From assembly GCA_963624605.1 (NCBI GenBank), contig CAVFQD010000001.1, forward strand, positions 2,441 through 66,440: a stretch of DNA of 64,000 nt. Reading direction: 5' to 3'. The translations under genes were made by a program, and so were the position numbers. Of the stretch, positions 7,346 to 16,955 are shown piece after piece. Numbering within the stretch: the first letter of the stretch is position 1; the number at the start of each line of letters is the position of its first letter. The stretch comes from Eshraghiella crossota. GTDB lineage: Bacteria; Bacillota; Clostridia; Oscillospirales; Acutalibacteraceae. Below the pieces are notes generated by a model that saw only the letters and a list, made by a program, of their open reading frames with translations, did not search any database and was not told the DNA's origin.

Positions 7346-9544
7346 TTATAAGTGAAGCACTCTGTCGCGGATTTCCTGCGTTCTGCCCTGATTCCAGAAC
7401 TGAGTGCCGATATAACCGCAGGTGCGCCTTGCGACATTCATCTTGTCCTGGTCGGTGTTGCCGCAGTTGGGGCATTTCCAAATAAGCTTGCCCTCTTCCT
7501 CGACAATCTCAATCTCGCCGTCCCAACCGCATTCCTGACAGTAGTCGCTCTTGGTGTTGAGCTCGGCATAGATAATGTTGTCATAAATAAATTTCATAAC
7601 CGAAAGCACGGCGTCAATATTGTCCTGCATATCGGGCACCTCGACATAGCTTATTGCACCGCCGGGTGACAACTGCTGGAACTGAGATTCAAATTTCAGC
7701 TTATCAAAAGCGGAGATGTTCTCCGAAACATGGACATGATAGCTGTTTGTGATATATCCCTTGTCCGTGATACCCTCAATTATGCCGAAACGGCGCTGAA
7801 GGCATTTTGCGAACTTGTAGGTTGTCGATTCAAGCGGGGTGCCGTAGAGCGAATAGTCAATGTTCTCCGCTTTTTTCCACTCGGTGCACTTGTCGTTCAT
7901 CTTCTGCATAACAGAGAGAGCGAACGGGGTAGCCTCGGGGTCGGTGTGGCTCTTGCCGGTCATATATTTAACGCACTCGTAAAGTCCTGCATAGCCGAGT
8001 GAAATCGTTGAATATCCGTTGAAAAGGAGCTTGTCGATTGTCTCGCCCTTTTTAAGGCGTGCCAACGCACCGTACTGCCAAAGAATCGGAGCGACATCCG
8101 ACGGCGTACCGAGAAGTCTCTCGTGTCTGCAACGCAGTGCTCTGTGACAGAGCTCAAGTCTTTCGTCAAATATGCTCCAGAACTTTTCCGTGTTGCCGCC
8201 CGAGGAGAGCGCAACATCGGGGAGATTTATTGTAACAACGCCCTGATTAAATCTGCCGTAGTATTTGTGCTTGCCGGGTTCGTAATTGCCTGCGTTTGCA
8301 ATATTGCCGATGCCGTTGTCGGTGAATCTGTCGGGAGTTAAAAAGCTGCGGCAGCCCATACAGGTGTAAACATCTCCCTTTAATTCAAGCATCTTCTTTT
8401 CGGAAATGTAGTCGGGAACCATTCTCTTTGCCGTACATTCAGCCGCAAGCTTTGTAAGGTACCAATATTTTGAGCCCTCAGTGATGTTGTCCTCCTCGAG
8501 GGTGTAGATGAGCTTCGGGAAAGCGGGGGTTACATAAACTCCCTTTTCGTTCTTGACGCCCAAAATTCTCTGCTTGAGCATTTCTTCTATAATAAGCGCA
8601 AGGTCAGCCTTTTCCTGCTCGTTTTTAGCCTCGTTAAGATACATAAATACAGTTATGAAAGGAGCCTGTCCGTTTGTTGTGAGAAGCGTAACAACCTGAT
8701 ACTGAATTGTCTGTACGCCCCGTCTTATTTCATCGCGAACTCTGAGCTCTACAAGCTCGTTAAGCTTTTCCTCGCTTGTATCAATATCGAGAGCCGACAT
8801 TTCGCCCTCTACGATTTTACGGAATTTCTTACGGCTTACATCGACGAACGGAGCTAAATGTGTAAGCGTTATTGACTGACCGCCGTACTGGTTTGAAGCA
8901 ACCTGTGCGATTATCTGCGTAGCGATATTGCAAGCGGTCGAAAAGCTGTGCGGACGCTCGATAAGCGTGCCCGTTATAACGGTGCCGTTCTGAAGCATAT
9001 CTTCAAGGTTTACAAGATCACAGTTGTGCATATGCTGTGCAAAATAATCTGCGTCATGGAAATGAATTATGCCCTGATTGTGAGCGTCAACGATTTCCTG
9101 CGGCAAAAGGATACGCTCTGTAAGGTCTTTTGAGACCTCACCCGCCATATAGTCTCTCTGTGTGGAGTTGACGATCGGGTTTTTGTTTGAGTTCTCCTGC
9201 TTAGCCTCCTCGTTGTTACACTCGATAAGGCTCATAATTTTCTCATCGGTAGTGTTTGCCTGTCTGACAAGGCTTCTTGTATAACGGTAGGTAATGTAGC
9301 TTTTGGCAACCTCGTATGCGCCGTGAGCCATAATCTGATACTCTACCATATCCTGAATTTCCTCGACCGATGGGGAACGGTTCATTTTAACGCACGAAAA
9401 TTCAACGCTCTCCGCAATCCTCTCAATCTGGGTTGCGGTCATACGCTCGTCTTCGTTTACGCTTTCGTTTGCCTTTGTTATGGCTGCGGCGATTTTGTCA
9501 ATGTCAAAAATAACCTCCGCACCGTTACGCTTTAATACTTTCAT
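7346..9544 (-). CDS. nrdD: anaerobic ribonucleoside-triphosphate reductase
   Basis: About 732 aa. N-terminal ATP-cone, C-terminal Zn-ribbon CQECGW...CPNCG and glycyl-radical tail RRTCGYIG. The ATG at 9544 has a GAAGGAG 8 nt upstream and is preferred over the GTG at 9553 given in the ORF track. Confidence 0.95.
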   Translation of the reverse strand: MKVLKRNGAEVIFDIDKIAAAITKANESVNEDERMTATQIERIAESVEFSCVKMNRSPSVEEIQDMVEYQIMAHGAYEVAKSYITYRYTRSLVRQANTTDEKIMSLIECNNEEAKQENSNKNPIVNSTQRDYMAGEVSKDLTERILLPQEIVDAHNQGIIHFHDADYFAQHMHNCDLVNLEDMLQNGTVITGTLIERPHSFSTACNIATQIIAQVASNQYGGQSITLTHLAPFVDVSRKKFRKIVEGEMSALDIDTSEEKLNELVELRVRDEIRRGVQTIQYQVVTLLTTNGQAPFITVFMYLNEAKNEQEKADLALIIEEMLKQRILGVKNEKGVYVTPAFPKLIYTLEEDNITEGSKYWYLTKLAAECTAKRMVPDYISEKKMLELKGDVYTCMGCRSFLTPDRFTDNGIGNIANAGNYEPGKHKYYGRFNQGVVTINLPDVALSSGGNTEKFWSIFDERLELCHRALRCRHERLLGTPSDVAPILWQYGALARLKKGETIDKLLFNGYSTISLGYAGLYECVKYMTGKSHTDPEATPFALSVMQKMNDKCTEWKKAENIDYSLYGTPLESTTYKFAKCLQRRFGIIEGITDKGYITNSYHVHVSENISAFDKLKFESQFQQLSPGGAISYVEVPDMQDNIDAVLSVMKFIYDNIIYAELNTKSDYCQECGWDGEIEIVEEEGKLIWKCPNCGNTDQDKMNVARRTCGYIGTQFWNQGRTQEIRDRVLHL

Positions 9545-9611
9545 CCTTCCCACTCCTTCATTATCTTGTATATCTCTAACTGAAAAATGTTCATGTTGCG
9601 CGATTTGAATA

Positions 9612-9679
9612 GATTATATCACACTATATATAGTTTTTCAATAGCTATTTTTCGATTTTTTTACCTAAATATAGTGCTT
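9612..9679 (-). promoter_or_regulatory. nrdDG promoter with two NrdR-box-like palindromes
   Basis: Minus strand: TTGAAA (9641-9636), a 17-nt spacer, then TATAAT (9617-9612). Box 1, ACACTATATATAGTTT (9621-9636), lies inside the spacer. Box 2, CCTAAATATAGTGCTT (9664-9679), lies upstream. Both resemble the NrdR consensus acaCwAtATaTwgtgt. Confidence 0.6.
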
Positions 9680-9883
9680 TCCTCGCTAAAGCACGCAATA
9701 TCGGTCTGCGCGGGGCGTTTTTGCGCCGCATTTTTTTAGAAATTAAAAAATGAAGCTTGAAAAAAACTTCTTATTCTATCGCTATGACGGCGATTACGGT
9801 TGCAACGCTGTTTGTGATTAAAGAATGTTGCAAAGGACAAGGGCACTGTAAAGGCGGAAAAACAGATAAATAAAGGAACAATA

Positions 9884-9905
9884 AAAGCGAGCCGAGGCTC
9901 GCTTT
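9884..9905 (-). terminator. hairpin downstream of the PfkB-family kinase gene
   Basis: AAAGCGAGCC-GAG-GCTCGCTTT is followed by T-rich sequence on the minus strand. Confidence 0.5.
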
Positions 9906-9925
9906 CTGTTGAGCTTATTCTCTTT

Positions 9926-10828
9926 TTATCTGTATTCCTTGAGCTTTTCAAGCAGTTCGTTTTCCTTAAAATATTCGGTAAGACAGCCTACGCCAGTAAC
10001 GCATTTTCCGCCCGTGAGATTGCCGAGGGTTATGCAGTCTTTGAAAGAATAATCATAAAAAAGTCCATACATAAGCCCCGCAAGGAAAGCGTCGCCCGCG
10101 CCGGTCGAATCCACTCTGACAAATTCGTCAATGCTCGGCACTGTGAATATTTCGCCGTTTTCCATACCCATACAGCCGTCTTTATCAAGCTTTACAATCG
10201 GCTTTTCAAAGTATTGGGAAAGGAATTTAATCGCCTCTCTCGGGTCGTTCTTACCTGTAATTTTTGCCGCTTCTTTTTGGTTCGGTGTGTAGTAGTCGGC
10301 AAGCTCGATATAATCCCTGTACATCTCAAAGTTCATATCGTCCGAATATCCCGTGTCGAGCACAAGCAGCGTACCCTCTTCCTTGAGCTTTCTATATACC
10401 TCAAGACAGCCGTTTTGTATTTCGACTATTTTTGCGCCCGTGCTTGATTTGTATATTCTTTCAAGCTCATAATCGTTGTATTCAGGCTCGGGACCGTAGG
10501 TTACAAAGGTTCTGTCCTCGGGCGTTATCATAGCCGAGGTTATGTTGAGCGGCAAACTGCCGTTACCTGTGTAAAGGTTTTCAACTTGACAGCCGTTTTT
10601 TGTGAATTCACTCATACAAAAAGCGGAGAACATATCATCCGACAGCCAAGTAGATATTTTTGTCGGTATGCCGAGCCTCGCAATGTTTATCATGGTGCCG
10701 GGTACGCCGCCTCCGAGCTTTAAGGCAAAGCCCTCGGAGTATAATTCCTCTCCGACATCGGGAAGCCTTGCGAGCCCCGCATATAAAATGTCCGTGTTTG
10801 TTTTTCCGTTTCCTGCAATAAATGACAT
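9926..10828 (-). CDS. PfkB family carbohydrate kinase
   Basis: 300 aa with the C-terminal DSTGAGDAF motif typical of the ribokinase/PfkB family. Confidence 0.85.
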   Translation of the reverse strand: MSFIAGNGKTNTDILYAGLARLPDVGEELYSEGFALKLGGGVPGTMINIARLGIPTKISTWLSDDMFSAFCMSEFTKNGCQVENLYTGNGSLPLNITSAMITPEDRTFVTYGPEPEYNDYELERIYKSSTGAKIVEIQNGCLEVYRKLKEEGTLLVLDTGYSDDMNFEMYRDYIELADYYTPNQKEAAKITGKNDPREAIKFLSQYFEKPIVKLDKDGCMGMENGEIFTVPSIDEFVRVDSTGAGDAFLAGLMYGLFYDYSFKDCITLGNLTGGKCVTGVGCLTEYFKENELLEKLKEYR

Positions 10829-11955
10829 CAGTTTTCCTCACATTCGTTTTTTAAGAAAAGCTCCGAGAGAACGGCTTTTGCATCAGCCGCCGAAAATCCG
10901 CCCGGAGAGTTTATAAAGTTTTTAACGCTTTGCCAGCGCTCACAGTAGTCGTCTATCTGCTCTTTCGTCATTGAAATATCCTTTATATCGACAATTGAGA
11001 ACACCGTGCGCTCAAACTCGGGATAATTCATATTTATCATTGAAAGGAATTCCGTTGCCTCGGTGTTTTTATATTCAAGCGCGCGCTTTATAAACGACGG
11101 CAGGAACACAGCGCAGGCTTTGCCGTGCGGTAAGCCGTAATCCTCCGTAAGCGTGTAGCCGAGGGTATGCGGATAACAAGTGCCCGTGGAATTTATTGCA
11201 AGCCCCGCAAAAAGTGAGCAGGAGTACAGCTCGTCCCTTATTGCCTTGTCGGGCAATTCGTTTGAAGCGTGCATTTCGGTTATTGCCTTCCACAACGGGG
11301 AAACGGCACGCACGGAGCACATTTTCGATTGCTCACCTGCCTTGTTTGAGAGCAGACTTTCCACGGCGTGGCAGAAAGCGTCGATTGCCGTAGAAAGCGT
11401 AACCTCCATAGGCATTGAATAGGTGTACTTCGGGTCTGCAAAGGCAACCCTTGCATAATAATTCTCTCCGCTGACGCTCTTTTTCCTGCCGCTCTCGTTT
11501 GTGAGCACCGAAACTCCTGTGACCTCACTGCCCGTGCCGGAGGTTGTGCCCACAAGAATTACGGGCAGTGGAGGAAGCATAGACTCGCCCGAGTATATGC
11601 CGTCTGCCGACAGAAATTTGTTTGAAGCATAGACTGCTATTGCTTTTGCGGCGTCAAGCTGACTGCCTCCGCCGATACCTATTATATATTCAACGCCGAA
11701 ATCCCGTGCAACCTGACCTGCGTTACGGCAGTCGACGGTACGGGGGTTCTGTGTTACCGAGTCGAAAACCGTGTATTCGACCTCACATTCCTTTAATACC
11801 TTTTCAATGTCCGCAAGCGCACCGCTTGAAGCAGACGAGCTCTTGCCGCATACTATAAGGCACTTTGAGCCGTACTTTTTGAACACATCGCTGTGCTCAA
11901 ATACAGCGTCTCTGCCTGAAAGCACCCGAACGGGCATATAGTAATCAGACAACAT
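10828..11955 (-). CDS. iron-containing alcohol dehydrogenase family protein
   Basis: 375 aa. Fe-ADH fold motifs are present: GIGGGSQLDAAKA and the histidines of AIDAFCHAVES...PHG. The stop overlaps the kinase start. Confidence 0.85.
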   Translation of the reverse strand: MLSDYYMPVRVLSGRDAVFEHSDVFKKYGSKCLIVCGKSSSASSGALADIEKVLKECEVEYTVFDSVTQNPRTVDCRNAGQVARDFGVEYIIGIGGGSQLDAAKAIAVYASNKFLSADGIYSGESMLPPLPVILVGTTSGTGSEVTGVSVLTNESGRKKSVSGENYYARVAFADPKYTYSMPMEVTLSTAIDAFCHAVESLLSNKAGEQSKMCSVRAVSPLWKAITEMHASNELPDKAIRDELYSCSLFAGLAINSTGTCYPHTLGYTLTEDYGLPHGKACAVFLPSFIKRALEYKNTEATEFLSMINMNYPEFERTVFSIVDIKDISMTKEQIDDYCERWQSVKNFINSPGGFSAADAKAVLSELFLKNECEEN

Positions 11956-12012
11956 AATCTCACCTCATATAAATTTTAACACAAAAAGGAATAACTGTTC
12001 AATACATTATTA

Positions 12013-12030
12013 TTGTTATTTATATAACAA
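12013..12030. promoter_or_regulatory. Rex-box-like perfect palindrome
   Basis: TTGTTAT-TTAT-ATAACAA compares well with the clostridial Rex consensus TTGTTAANNNNTTAACAA. It sits between the divergent Fe-ADH and apbE-rnf transcription units. Confidence 0.45.
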
Positions 12031-12033
12031 TTC

Positions 12034-12062
12034 TTGAACTTTTGTCAAATTTATAATATAAT
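12034..12062 (+). promoter_or_regulatory. sigma-A-type promoter for apbE-rnf
   Basis: TTGAAC (12034-12039), a 17-nt spacer, then TATAAT (12057-12062). Confidence 0.45.
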
Positions 12063-12101
12063 CTAATTCAATATATAACTTGTCGAAAAGCGGGTGTGCG
12101 T

Positions 12102-13130
12102 ATGAAGATAAAGAGAATTTCAGTTTTCCTTATCCTTTTTGCAATTACATTCGCTTTTTCTTCTTGCTCGGGAAAAGGCAAAACGCAGGAGGCTTCCTCG
12201 TTTGCAATGGGCAGCGTGGTAAGCGTCAAGACCTATTGCTCCGACTCCGAGGAGGGGCAGAGCGTGTGCTCCGATATTACGGATGAAATTTCTCGGACGG
12301 ATAAGCTTCTCTCAAAAAATGACGAAACTGCAGAGCTTTATTCGGTCAATAAAAGCCTCTCGGACGGCGTAACGGTGAGCCGTGAGCTTTTTGATGTGCT
12401 TGAAAGCTCAAAGGAGATTTTTTCTCTTTCCGGAAAGAAAGCGGCTGTAACCTCGGGTGCGCTGACCGAGCTGTGGGGCTTTGATACTGATAATTTCAAT
12501 GTTCCGAGCGACAGCGATATAAAATCGGCGGTTGCATTGTGCGATGACTCAACTCTTTTGCTTGACAGAAGCACGCTTACGGTAAAAGCGGCGCAGGGGC
12601 AGATTTTGAACCTCGGTGCGGTCGGTAAGGGTGCGGCTTGCGACAAAGCGGTGGATATTCTGCTCTCGCACGAGGAAATCGGCGGTGCGGTGGTGTCTGT
12701 CGGCGGAAGCCTTGCGCTTTACGGTTCGCCGTCCGGCAAGGATAATTTCACAATCGGTATCCGTAATCCGTTCGGCGATGTCAACGACACATTTGCAACC
12801 CTTTCGCTCTCGTCCTGCTTTGTTTCCACCTCGGGAAGCTACGAAAAAACCTTTGAGAAAGACGGAGTAACATATCATCATCTTCTTAACCTTACAACGG
12901 GCGAGCCTGCGGACAACGGGCTGTGCTCGGTAACCGTTGTGGCACATTCCGGTCTTGAGAGCGACGCTCTTTCAACCGTTTGTTTTATTGTCGGCGAAGC
13001 GGCTTCGTACCCTATATTGCAGAAGTATAACGCAAGCGCCGTGTTTGTGTATTCGGACAAAACCGTCAGCATTTCGGACGGGCTCAAGGACTCTTTCACC
13101 CTGACAAACAGCGATTTTACGGTGGAATGA
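12102..13130 (+). CDS. apbE: FAD:protein FMN transferase (ApbE family lipoprotein)
   Basis: Lipobox FAFSSC after a signal peptide, with ApbE family similarity throughout (GAVGKGAACD, SGSYEKTFEKDGVTYHHLLNLTTG). The ATG at 12102 is preferred over the GTG at 12096. Confidence 0.85.
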   Translation: MKIKRISVFLILFAITFAFSSCSGKGKTQEASSFAMGSVVSVKTYCSDSEEGQSVCSDITDEISRTDKLLSKNDETAELYSVNKSLSDGVTVSRELFDVLESSKEIFSLSGKKAAVTSGALTELWGFDTDNFNVPSDSDIKSAVALCDDSTLLLDRSTLTVKAAQGQILNLGAVGKGAACDKAVDILLSHEEIGGAVVSVGGSLALYGSPSGKDNFTIGIRNPFGDVNDTFATLSLSSCFVSTSGSYEKTFEKDGVTYHHLLNLTTGEPADNGLCSVTVVAHSGLESDALSTVCFIVGEAASYPILQKYNASAVFVYSDKTVSISDGLKDSFTLTNSDFTVE

Positions 13131-13131
13131 T

Positions 13132-13497
13132 ATGAAAAGGAAGCTTGTTTTTCGCCGTGATTTGATACTGTTTGCGGTAATAGGCGTGCTCATAATTTTG
13201 TCCGTTTTAATCCCTAAAATCAAAGACGCGGGAGAAAAATACGCCGTTGTAACCGTTGACGGGGAGACCGTGTACCGTGAAAGACTCTCGGCGGATAACG
13301 AAATAACGCTTGAAAACGGCATAAAAATAAAAGTCGAAAACGGCGAAGCGTATTTTCTCGAAAGCGGCTGTAAGGACAAAACCTGTATAAAAAGCGGCAA
13401 GCTAAAAAACACGGGCGATGTTGCGGCGTGTCTGCCGAATAAAACGGTGCTTACGGTAAAGGGAGAAAAGTCGGCATTTGACGCCGTGACCTACTGA
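13132..13497 (+). CDS. NusG domain II-containing protein (DUF1312)
   Basis: 121 aa. N-terminal TM helix followed by a beta-rich domain containing CKDKTCIKSGKL...AACLPNK. Confidence 0.75.
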   Translation: MKRKLVFRRDLILFAVIGVLIILSVLIPKIKDAGEKYAVVTVDGETVYRERLSADNEITLENGIKIKVENGEAYFLESGCKDKTCIKSGKLKNTGDVAACLPNKTVLTVKGEKSAFDAVTY

Positions 13498-13498
13498 T

Positions 13499-14026
13499 AT
13501 GAAAAAAAGTACTTATAAAATTGCATTGTTCGGCGTGCTATCCGCTGTTGCGCTGACGCTTTCTTATATTGAAAGTCTTATCCCGACTGCGGCGTTTATG
13601 CCGCCGGGGGCAAAGTTGGGCTTTTCAAATATTGCGACTATGTTTGCCGCCTCGTCAATGGGGCTTGCAAGCGCTATGTCGATAACTCTTGTAAAAGCCT
13701 TGTTCGCAGGCGTAACAAGGGGCGTCACGGCGTTTTTTATGAGCCTTTGCGGCGGTGTGCTGAGCACCGTTACAATGTATCTGCTTTTTAAGTTTTCAAA
13801 GAAAACGGGATATATGGCAATCGGAATTATCTGTGCGCTCACGCATAATTTCGGTCAGCTTATTGTTGCGATTATAACTGCGGGCAATTTATCCGTACTG
13901 GGATATGCGCCCGTGTTACTTATAAGCGGCACCGTCACGGGAGCCGTTACGGGAACTGTTTTGAGGGCGGTTATGCCCGCACTTGAAAAGGCAACCCGAA
14001 CCATCACTCAAAAAGGGGGAAAATAA
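13499..14026 (+). CDS. Gx transporter family protein (heptaprenyl diphosphate synthase component I-like membrane protein)
   Basis: 175 aa polytopic membrane protein. It has the characteristic LSYIE...P..AKLGFSNI start. Confidence 0.7.
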   Translation: MKKSTYKIALFGVLSAVALTLSYIESLIPTAAFMPPGAKLGFSNIATMFAASSMGLASAMSITLVKALFAGVTRGVTAFFMSLCGGVLSTVTMYLLFKFSKKTGYMAIGIICALTHNFGQLIVAIITAGNLSVLGYAPVLLISGTVTGAVTGTVLRAVMPALEKATRTITQKGGK

Positions 14027-15361
14027 ATGCACTCTGAAATCATTAAACCCGTAAAAAAGGTGCGGGGCGGAGTGAAGGTCTCACACGACAAGAACACCAA
14101 GGATATGCCGGTAAGACGGATTGAAGCACCCGAGTTTGTCACGCTTCCGATGAGTCAGCACATAGGCGCACCCTGTACGCCTGTTGTGAAAGTCGGCGAC
14201 GAGGTAAAGGTGGGTCAGCTCATAGGCGATACGGATAAATTCGTGTCGGCACCCATACATTCTTCGGTGTCAGGCAAGGTAACCGCAATAAAGGAAATAA
14301 GAACCGCAACCGGTATGAAGGCTCAGGCGGTTGTTATTGAAAACGACGGCGAAAACACGCTTTACGACGGTCTTGAAGTGCCGAATATCGACACGAGGGA
14401 GGACTTTTTGAAAGCTGTCAGAGCGTCGGGACTTGTAGGTCTCGGCGGCGCAGGCTTCCCGACCCATGTAAAGCTCGGCTTCAAGCCCGACGCAGGCATT
14501 GATACGCTTATAATCAACGCCGCAGAGTGCGAGCCGTTTATCACGGTCGATTACAGAGAATGTCTTGACAATTCGTGGGATGTTTTCAACGGCGTACATC
14601 TTGTTAAGGATATGCTCGGCTTTAAGAAGTGTATCATTGCCGTTGAGGACAATAAAAAAGAGGCTATCAAGGTGCTTGAAAGGATAGCCGAAAAAGAGGA
14701 TGAAAACGACGAAATCAAGGTTATGCCGCTGAAGTCGAAATATCCGCAGGGAGCGGAGAAAATGATGGTTCTCTCCGCAACGGGCAGAAAGGTTCCGCCC
14801 GGAAAACTTCCCGCAGATGTCGGCTGCGTCGTTATGAATGTGGCGTCGGCAGCGTTCCTGTCAAGGTACTGCAAAACGGGCAAACCGCTTGTTTCAAGGT
14901 CAATGACCGTTGACGGCTCGGCAATAGCACAGCCGCAGAACATAAGAGTTCCCGTCGGTACGGAAATAGATTACATAATAAACAGCTGCGGCGGTTACAA
15001 AGAGGATCCCGTTAAGATAATTGCGGGCGGACCTATGATGGGCGTTTCGATTATCGACACCCACACCCCCGTGCTCAAAAGCAACAATGCGATACTCGTT
15101 CTCGGCAAAAAGGATGTAAGCATTAAAAAGGAGACGGACTGTATCTCCTGCGGCAGATGTGCCAAGGCTTGTCCGTTGAGCCTTATGCCTACAAAGATTG
15201 AACGCTTTGCCAAGGCAAAGGACATTGACGCACTTCAGAAATACGGAGCAACGGTCTGTATGGAATGCGGCTCGTGCGCTTATTCGTGCCCCGCAGGCAG
15301 ACCGCTTGTACAGTATATGAGAAATGCCAAGGCGATAGTCAGAGAGGGGGCGCAGAAATGA
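14027..15361 (+). CDS. rnfC: electron transport complex subunit RnfC
   Basis: 444 aa. GLGGAGFP nucleotide-binding motif and two 4Fe-4S motifs (CISCGRCAKACP, CMECGSCAYSCP). Confidence 0.95.
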   Translation: MHSEIIKPVKKVRGGVKVSHDKNTKDMPVRRIEAPEFVTLPMSQHIGAPCTPVVKVGDEVKVGQLIGDTDKFVSAPIHSSVSGKVTAIKEIRTATGMKAQAVVIENDGENTLYDGLEVPNIDTREDFLKAVRASGLVGLGGAGFPTHVKLGFKPDAGIDTLIINAAECEPFITVDYRECLDNSWDVFNGVHLVKDMLGFKKCIIAVEDNKKEAIKVLERIAEKEDENDEIKVMPLKSKYPQGAEKMMVLSATGRKVPPGKLPADVGCVVMNVASAAFLSRYCKTGKPLVSRSMTVDGSAIAQPQNIRVPVGTEIDYIINSCGGYKEDPVKIIAGGPMMGVSIIDTHTPVLKSNNAILVLGKKDVSIKKETDCISCGRCAKACPLSLMPTKIERFAKAKDIDALQKYGATVCMECGSCAYSCPAGRPLVQYMRNAKAIVREGAQK

Positions 15362-16377
15362 GTGAAGAGAAAAAACTGACTGTCAGCGCTTCGCCGCATA
15401 GACGAACCATTGACACCACAAGAGGAATAATGCTCGATGTGATAATTGCGCTTATGCCGGCGCTTGTGCTTTCGGCGGTGCTTTTCGGCGTAAGAACGCT
15501 TCTTGTCACGGCAACGAGCGCAGTGTTCTGTGTTCTGTTTGAGTTTTTAAGCCGCAAGGCTATGAAAAGGGAAAACACGATAGGCGACCTTTCGGCGGTT
15601 GTAACGGGCGTTTTGCTTGCGTTCAACCTGCCTTCGACAATTCCGCTGTGGATGGTAATTGTCGGCGATGCGGTTGCGATAATCGTTGTAAAGCAGTTTT
15701 TCGGCGGAATAGGTCAGAACTTCGTAAACCCTGCGTTGGTAGGAAGAATTGTTCTTATGACCTCGTTCCCGACTTATGTAAACAACTATGTCGAGCCGTT
15801 TGCGTGGAGGATTAAAACGCTTGATGCGGTTACCACGGCAACGCCTTTGGCACAGTTTGCGGGCAAATACAATTCGGACGGCATTGCACAGACCTTAAAC
15901 AGTGCGGAGCTTCCAGAGCTTGCGAAGATGTTCTTCGGCGTAAGGGGCGGCTGCTTGGGCGAAACCTGTGCGGCGGCAATAATACTCGGTGCGGTTTACC
16001 TGTTCGTAAGAAAGGTAATTTCCCCGACAATTCCGCTTTGCTATGTCGGCACTGTTGCGGTAATTATGCTTATTGTCGGCAAGGGCAATATCCCGTTTGT
16101 ACTTTATCAGCTTATGGCGGGCGGACTTCTGCTCGGCGCAGTGTTTATGGCAACCGACTATACGACCTCGCCCATAACATTTAAGGGTAAGATAATCTAT
16201 GCGGTAGGCTGCGGTATAATAACCTCGCTTATAAGGATATTCGGTTCGCTCCCCGAGGGCGTATCGTTCTCGATTATTCTTATGAATATACTTGTTCCTC
16301 ACATTGACAACCTTACGGCGCAGAAGCCGTTCGGCTTTATCAGGGAGAAAAAGAAGAAAGAGGAGGCGGCAAAATGA
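15358..16377 (+). CDS. rnfD: electron transport complex subunit RnfD
   Basis: Polytopic membrane protein starting MSEEKKLTVSASPH. The ATG at 15358 overlaps the rnfC stop (ATGA). The start at 15265 in the ORF track would lie inside rnfC. Confidence 0.9.
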   Translation: MSEEKKLTVSASPHRRTIDTTRGIMLDVIIALMPALVLSAVLFGVRTLLVTATSAVFCVLFEFLSRKAMKRENTIGDLSAVVTGVLLAFNLPSTIPLWMVIVGDAVAIIVVKQFFGGIGQNFVNPALVGRIVLMTSFPTYVNNYVEPFAWRIKTLDAVTTATPLAQFAGKYNSDGIAQTLNSAELPELAKMFFGVRGGCLGETCAAAIILGAVYLFVRKVISPTIPLCYVGTVAVIMLIVGKGNIPFVLYQLMAGGLLLGAVFMATDYTTSPITFKGKIIYAVGCGIITSLIRIFGSLPEGVSFSIILMNILVPHIDNLTAQKPFGFIREKKKKEEAAK

Positions 16378-16955
16378 AAAAGGTCAGCGCAAAAGAAATT
16401 ATAGTTCCTGCCGTTTCTCTTTTCATAATCTGCCTTGTCGTTACAACTCTTCTTGCTGTAACAAACAAGATAACCGCTCCGAAGATTGAACAGCTTGCCG
16501 TTGAAACGCAGAACAACACCAAAAAGGTGGTTTTAAGCGACGCTGCAAAGTTTTCGGATGAAAAAACGGTCGAAAAGGACGGCACGCAATATACCTATTA
16601 TGAGGGACTTTCCGACTCGGACGAGACAATAGGCTATGTTTTCTTAACCTCGGCAAAGGGCTACGGCGGCGACATAGACCTTATGGTCGGCATTGATAAG
16701 ACGGGCAGCGTCAAGGGCGTTGCAATTCTCTCGATAAGCGAGACGGCGGGTCTCGGTATGAATGCCAAAAACGAGTCCTTCTTAAATCAGTTCAAGGATA
16801 AAAATTCGGAAATTTCCGTTATAAAGACCGGAGAAGCAAAGAATAACGAAATCCAAGCTCTGACAGGTGCGACGATAACCTCAAAGGCGGTTGCCTCGGC
16901 TGTCAATACGGCTTTGGAGCTTTACAAAACGGCAGGGGGTGAGGTAAATGGCTGA
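16374..16955 (+). CDS. rnfG: electron transport complex subunit RnfG
   Basis: 193 aa. N-terminal anchor and FMN-binding domain with the flavinylation motif SGATITS-like (LTGATITSKAV). Confidence 0.9.
   Translation: MKKVSAKEIIVPAVSLFIICLVVTTLLAVTNKITAPKIEQLAVETQNNTKKVVLSDAAKFSDEKTVEKDGTQYTYYEGLSDSDETIGYVFLTSAKGYGGDIDLMVGIDKTGSVKGVAILSISETAGLGMNAKNESFLNQFKDKNSEISVIKTGEAKNNEIQALTGATITSKAVASAVNTALELYKTAGGEVNG

Noticed and set aside
9736-9951. 71-aa minus-strand ORF between nrdD and the PfkB kinase gene
   Set aside because: It spans the terminator hairpin and overlaps the 3' end of the kinase gene. It has no RBS and low-complexity sequence.
15265-15357. N-terminal extension of rnfD in the ORF track. 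Similar extensions occur at rnfB 18223, yqeK 53181, rsfS 53788 and rdgB 51304.
   Set aside because: The extensions lie inside the preceding genes. Downstream starts with an SD or an ATGA overlap give family-typical N-termini.
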